DNA from: Patescibacteria group bacterium
Lineage (GTDB): Bacteria > Patescibacteriota > Microgenomatia > UBA10105 > UBA927
Reading direction: 5' to 3'
Assembly: GCA_041753515.1 (NCBI GenBank)
Contig: JBGSUE010000040.1
Coordinates: 8,290 to 72,289, forward strand
DNA: 64,000 nt
The notes beneath the pieces were generated by a model that saw only the letters and a list, made by a program, of their open reading frames with translations, was not told the DNA's origin and did no database searches. The translations under genes were made by a program, and so were the position numbers. This document shows, one piece after another, positions 59,515-64,000 of the stretch (the first letter of the stretch is position 1; the number at the start of each line of letters is the position of its first letter).

Positions 59515-61014
59515 ATGCAGGCGTTATTGTGGATCGTCATTGTTTTACTGACATCACTCTATGCATTAGGCAAATACCTCGTCGGTGTATCCCATACCCC
59601 TCCGGGATCTGTGTTTTTGGGTACAGTCCACTACCCCACGGATTATTTTATTTATCTGTCCGAGTATGCCTGGGGGCGGCACAGCTGGTTTTTCAATAGG
59701 GTTTTGCAGTCAACCGAGGCGCCTGGTGACAATCTCATCCGGTGGGTCAACGTATTCTGTGGTCATATATTCTCTCTCTTCGGCCTCAATCAGATCACAG
59801 CTTACCAAATCTCCGTTGTTCTTTTTACGGTAAGTATCATATATCTCTCATATACACTTCTTGTTAAAATATTGAAATCACGTCATGAGGCATTATACGG
59901 ATTATTCGTCTATCTGACAGCCAACGCATTCCCGGGCTGGGACGGATCAAATCTTTCCACATTCGATTTCTGGTACAACCAGGGAAATCCCCTCAACCGT
60001 CTCATCAACGTCCCCCATCATCTGTTGGGGCAAATTGCGCTCCTTGCTCTCGTTTACATCTGGATATCAAAAAAGAAAAATCTTCTTTCATTTGTGGTTG
60101 CCATCATCTGCGGCATGATTCTGGCAGGCGTGAACGGTGTGCATCTCCTGTTCGCAGCCGGCATCATGAGTGTGTCCCGTTTATCACTCCCTGTACTTTT
60201 TTCACTCATCGGCGCAGCCCCGATACTTTTATCTGTCAGGCACACATTAAGCATTCCCCCTCTCTCCAATATGATCATTTGGGAAACAAACAACCAAATG
60301 ATTCTGACCCCATGGCGGCTGTTTCTGGGATACGGCCCGATATTATTGTCCTTATTGCCTGCAACAATCATGTACTTGAAAAAACCTGACAGATTCAGAA
60401 TTTTTTCCCTTCTGTTCACATGGATCAGTCTTCTATTGTTTCTTTCCCCTATTCCAAAACTTCTTCATTTGGGAAACGTCCGGTTTCTCATACCCTTCAC
60501 TCATATACTTCTCAGCATCATGGTTATTGACATACTACGCAGAATAAAAATTCAGACAATAAAAACAATTATTGTTTCTGTATATATCGGGGTATCTGCA
60601 CTATCTTTGTATGCAACAGGGACAAAAATATATGCGCTCTACCAAAACCCCGCAAATCCCTTTTATTATCTGCCGAAACCAGTCTATTCTCTCTTTGCCT
60701 ATTCTGGAAATATATCCAAACCGGATGATGTATTTCTTTTAGGATGGCCGTACAACGCGATATTCCCTGGCATCTCCGGGTCACAATCATATTTTTCCGA
60801 AGTCCTCCTGGTAAAAGATCCGGTTGAAACCGGAAAATTGGCGGAAATATTTTTTTCAGACGAGTCACCGATCCCAGAGCGGATACAGTTTCTCAATCAA
60901 TTCGGTATCACCTACATCATTCATCGGGAAGAAACACTCTCCCCATCGTCTGGTCTTCCCATCCAACAAATCAGATCAGAAGGCGGATTTACATTATGGA
61001 AAGTCGTGAAGTGA
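59515..61014 (+). CDS. GT-C paralog family A member 7
   Basis: FLGTVHYPTDYFIYLSEY..G..W, VPHH, FPGISG, ITYII. Confidence 0.72.
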   Translation: MQALLWIVIVLLTSLYALGKYLVGVSHTPPGSVFLGTVHYPTDYFIYLSEYAWGRHSWFFNRVLQSTEAPGDNLIRWVNVFCGHIFSLFGLNQITAYQISVVLFTVSIIYLSYTLLVKILKSRHEALYGLFVYLTANAFPGWDGSNLSTFDFWYNQGNPLNRLINVPHHLLGQIALLALVYIWISKKKNLLSFVVAIICGMILAGVNGVHLLFAAGIMSVSRLSLPVLFSLIGAAPILLSVRHTLSIPPLSNMIIWETNNQMILTPWRLFLGYGPILLSLLPATIMYLKKPDRFRIFSLLFTWISLLLFLSPIPKLLHLGNVRFLIPFTHILLSIMVIDILRRIKIQTIKTIIVSVYIGVSALSLYATGTKIYALYQNPANPFYYLPKPVYSLFAYSGNISKPDDVFLLGWPYNAIFPGISGSQSYFSEVLLVKDPVETGKLAEIFFSDESPIPERIQFLNQFGITYIIHREETLSPSSGLPIQQIRSEGGFTLWKVVK

Positions 61015-61064
61015 TATAATCCTTTTACTCTGCCTACTCTTGCTCTTTTCCATCCCGCACAGAT

Positions 61065-61092
61065 TGTCATCCTGAGCGAGAGTGAAGGATCT
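61065..61092. repeat. Palindromic element 11, left arm only
   Basis: TGTCATCCTGAGCGAGAGTGAAGGATCT, followed by an 11-bp inverted repeat TTTTTGGGGAG/CTCCCCAAAAA (61095-61155). Confidence 0.8.
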
Positions 61093-61181
61093 CGTTTTTG
61101 GGGAGAAAGAGGGTTTCCCAACCCAACCCGTGAGCGACCGTCCACTCCCCAAAAATAGTACACATATAAGGAAATGCACAC

Positions 61182-61610
61182 ATGTTCAAACTCAATACGC
61201 TTATCTTGATATTGCTGGGATTACCGATATACTTAACAACCCGCAGTGAAAATCTCTTCTGGTTTTCTGTGTGGGTTGCAGTACTGGCACTGTATCTGCT
61301 TATCAGCCTGATCAACAGTTTCAGGCTAAATCCTGATCCGTTACAGCTGAGTGCAGGAAGCAAGCAAAACATGTGGTTTACATGGCTTCCAAGCACAAAA
61401 GCAATTCTGCTGTACGAATTCGCCTGGCAAACATTTCTGAAACTTACAATAATCTTCTTTGCCATTTCCAGATTCTGTGCAGATTCAATTGCCTCCATCC
61501 GAAGTTTCTCAATATTCTTTCTCATGGCGGCAATAGCGATGCTTATCCTCTTCCTGCTAACGCTGCTGTTTTTCCGATTGAAAGAAGGCGCACATCAATT
61601 TAAAAAATAA
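61182..61610 (+). CDS. Small four-TM hypothetical membrane protein
   Basis: Hydrophobic ORF with AAGGA upstream. Confidence 0.6.
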   Translation: MFKLNTLILILLGLPIYLTTRSENLFWFSVWVAVLALYLLISLINSFRLNPDPLQLSAGSKQNMWFTWLPSTKAILLYEFAWQTFLKLTIIFFAISRFCADSIASIRSFSIFFLMAAIAMLILFLLTLLFFRLKEGAHQFKK

Positions 61611-61759
61611 CAACAGTTCAATTATCTTGGCGCAGATGCATATACATATCGTTTTTTTCATGGGAGTGAAAAACGATGGTCATATCGGACCCTGCGCCGG
61701 AGGACACGGTTTTGAAATGTTGAAACTGTGCGGGATGGAATTTGTTATAATCAGATCAC

Positions 61760-62113
61760 ATGAAAAAATTGCGGATTTTTGGATTTATTGTTATTGGCAT
61801 TTTTGTATTTCTCTTTTTATATTTGCGCACCAAAAATACAGAACCTGCACAGACCGCAACAACCCCGGACAATCCCAAAAACTGCCAGGTGAAGGAGTGT
61901 GAAAACGGTCAGTCGCAGATCTATCTTGAGGGCATCGGGTGGAGCCCGTGTGCCGACCGGTGCAGTAAACAGGATCTGGAAAACAACGGAGGCAAAAAAT
62001 CATGTGACTGCCCCCAAAACAGCGAATCAAAGACCTGCACAAATATCTGTCTTACCTTCGGAGATCCATGCAGCACTCAATACGATTACTACCAATGGAC
62101 AGGCTGCAGATAA
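61760..62113 (+). CDS. Small membrane-anchored Cys-rich extracellular protein
   Basis: N-terminal TM followed by 10 Cys in ~76 aa. TATAAT lies 8 nt before the ATG. Confidence 0.75.
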   Translation: MKKLRIFGFIVIGIFVFLFLYLRTKNTEPAQTATTPDNPKNCQVKECENGQSQIYLEGIGWSPCADRCSKQDLENNGGKKSCDCPQNSESKTCTNICLTFGDPCSTQYDYYQWTGCR

Positions 62114-62131
62114 TTTGGTTTAATAGTCTTC

Positions 62132-64000
62132 ATGGACGATGAATCTGCCGCACCTTCTGCATTTGAAAAACTGGCCGCACAATTCCGTACACATCCTTCA
62201 CGGTTTATTCTCCCCATTCTTATCCTCGGATTTCTTCTGCGCGTCGTCTTTCTCCCAAATCCCGGTTTTGAAGCGGATATTTCATTCTGGAAATCCTGGG
62301 GACTTGCCACATATGACCATGGTGCCGTCTGGGGAATTGAAAACACCAATAACAACTACCCCACGCCGTTTACCTATGTTTTAGGCATGATGACATGGGT
62401 CTATAGTTTATTTGCCGATCCCCACAACTTTCAGGAATACTGGTCAAATACGAATCTCCTGTTTTTGACTATCAGCAAAATGCCTGCAGTGATCGCAGAT
62501 TTTATTATTTTCTGGCTTTTCATCTTTATCGGAAAACACGCGAAAAAACTCGGATTTCCTGAACTTCCTTTCTCCATATACGTTCTTGCAGGTGTTGCCT
62601 TCTTTCTGTCGCCAATTACGATCATGGATAGTGCATGGTGGGGTCAGGTTGATAGTCTCGGTGTTCTGGTATTTCTGTTTGCCTTTTATCTTGCGCTCAC
62701 AAGAAAACCATATTTGGCGGGATTCATCTATATGGCTTCAATGATGACCAAACTCCAAAACATGATCTACGGTCCCCTGTTTTTTATCCTCCTCTGGCAG
62801 ATGACCGGCTATAAGGGGCTTCTGAAAGGCATGTTCGGCGCGGCTACCGCATTCATCGGGCTCAACTGGGAATTCATGATGGCGCGCAAAATGAACCTGG
62901 TTTTTGAATCGTTAACGGTCAATTACGATTACTTTCCGTTCATGTCCCTCAATGCGTACAATCTCTGGTGGCTCGTGGCCAAGGCCGACGGCATGCATAC
63001 ACTGGATAAATTCAGTGTTGTCGGCATAATAAATGCCAAAACGGTTGGACTATTTATTTTTTCTTCTCTTTATTTGCTATCAGTGTTAATCATGATAAAA
63101 GAAACGATCCGCATGATGTGGAAAAATTCCATTACAACGCTCACGGAGCAAAACACGCAGGACATTCTGTACAATTTTTTTTCCGGCATGATCATCGTCG
63201 CATGCGCATTTTTTCTCTTCCAAACCCAGTCCCATGACCGCTATGCGTTTCCTCTTGTTGTCCTTCTGCCGTTTTGGCTGTTATTTTTCCTGAAACGAAG
63301 TCTGACAAAAACGGAGCGCACAACACTCTACTCCACAAAATTATTCAAAAACTCCGTCCTATATTTCAGTATATTTACTCTCTTCTATTTTTATAACCTC
63401 CATAATGCAATGGTCGACAATTATCCGCTGAACGGTTTCCCGTTTGTACGCGACCTGAACATTCCGGCGGCCACAATCATCACGTCTGTCGTCCAGCTTA
63501 TTCTTTTTTTCGCATTTCTCTGGGCACTAGCCCGACACATATCTCCATACTGGTATGCGGTACCTCTCGGAACGGTCATCCTCCTGCTGACTATATCAAA
63601 TCTGCCGCTCATCACCCGCACTCCAGTGTCCATCAACCGTTTCTTCCCGATTATAAACCAACAAGGGTATGGAAAAATGCAAAAAAATATGCCGGTAAAC
63701 GCTCACCAGGGATTCAATTACTGGTCGCCTCTTTCGGTCCAATATGCGTTTTACAGAAACGGATACGGAACACATGCAAAAAGCTATCAATTGTTCAATA
63801 TTGCCGGAAAATTTGCCAAATTCTCGACAGACTATGGCATCGATACGGATGCCGGTGGGGCGGCATCCGCTACATTTGAAATTTACGGCGACGATAAACC
63901 GCTATATATCTCCGAAAAAATTGGACGGTACGAATATCCTCGGCATGTGGAAGTGGACGTAACGGGTGTCAAAATGCTCGGACTTGTCACCAACGATGCA
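62132..64000 (+). CDS. GT-C (Alg6/GT87-like) glycosyltransferase fused to a C-terminal NPCBM/NEW2 carbohydrate-binding domain (runs off the right edge)
   Basis: Manual translation: GFEADISFWKSW, NYPTP, DSAWWGQVDS, HDRY, then GYGTHAKS...YGIDT...ASATFEIYGD...VDVTGVKMLGL. Absent from the ORF track. Confidence 0.85.
   Translation, partial: MDDESAAPSAFEKLAAQFRTHPSRFILPILILGFLLRVVFLPNPGFEADISFWKSWGLATYDHGAVWGIENTNNNYPTPFTYVLGMMTWVYSLFADPHNFQEYWSNTNLLFLTISKMPAVIADFIIFWLFIFIGKHAKKLGFPELPFSIYVLAGVAFFLSPITIMDSAWWGQVDSLGVLVFLFAFYLALTRKPYLAGFIYMASMMTKLQNMIYGPLFFILLWQMTGYKGLLKGMFGAATAFIGLNWEFMMARKMNLVFESLTVNYDYFPFMSLNAYNLWWLVAKADGMHTLDKFSVVGIINAKTVGLFIFSSLYLLSVLIMIKETIRMMWKNSITTLTEQNTQDILYNFFSGMIIVACAFFLFQTQSHDRYAFPLVVLLPFWLLFFLKRSLTKTERTTLYSTKLFKNSVLYFSIFTLFYFYNLHNAMVDNYPLNGFPFVRDLNIPAATIITSVVQLILFFAFLWALARHISPYWYAVPLGTVILLLTISNLPLITRTPVSINRFFPIINQQGYGKMQKNMPVNAHQGFNYWSPLSVQYAFYRNGYGTHAKSYQLFNIAGKFAKFSTDYGIDTDAGGAASATFEIYGDDKPLYISEKIGRYEYPRHVEVDVTGVKMLGLVTNDA

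Noticed and set aside
11097-61092. Integron attC array
   Set aside because: The elements lack RYYYAAC/GTTRRRY ends, genes are not co-oriented, and no integrase is present.
1-64000. tRNA/rRNA genes, transposases, prophage genes
   Set aside because: None recognised by eye. A covariance search would be needed to exclude small RNAs.

Overview
Gene-dense bacterial DNA that looks like Patescibacteria (CPR), probably Microgenomates. This is an inference from the clustered class III pilins, the PsbP-like anchored protein, pervasive -10-box-then-ATG starts and the repeat types. From left to right it holds the 5' part of leuS, a ~2.1 kb AT-rich gene-free block with a phased GTCGTAAAA motif, three pilin genes, and a divergent O-antigen-ligase/O-OTase-like TPR protein. 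The remaining ~57 kb is a surface-glycosylation region with 16 further GT-C-type polytopic membrane glycosyltransferase-like genes, 7 of them one paralog family with an AglB/STT3-like C-terminal domain. It also has 7 GT2 genes (mostly polyprenol-phosphate-sugar synthase-like) and NDP-sugar and tailoring enzymes, but no recognisable GT4, Wzx/Wzy, ABC exporter or initiating phosphoglycosyl transferase. Interspersed are two type II TA pairs, a kinase cassette bounded by two palindromic sites, a divergent PP2C-like phosphatase and dus. Eleven TGTC-tagged palindromic elements lie mostly at GT-C gene borders, one in frame within a gene, and heptamer tandem repeats invade both proteins and gene junctions. 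Several apparent single-base lesions may be sequencing errors. All calls come from reading motifs by eye; no searches were run.
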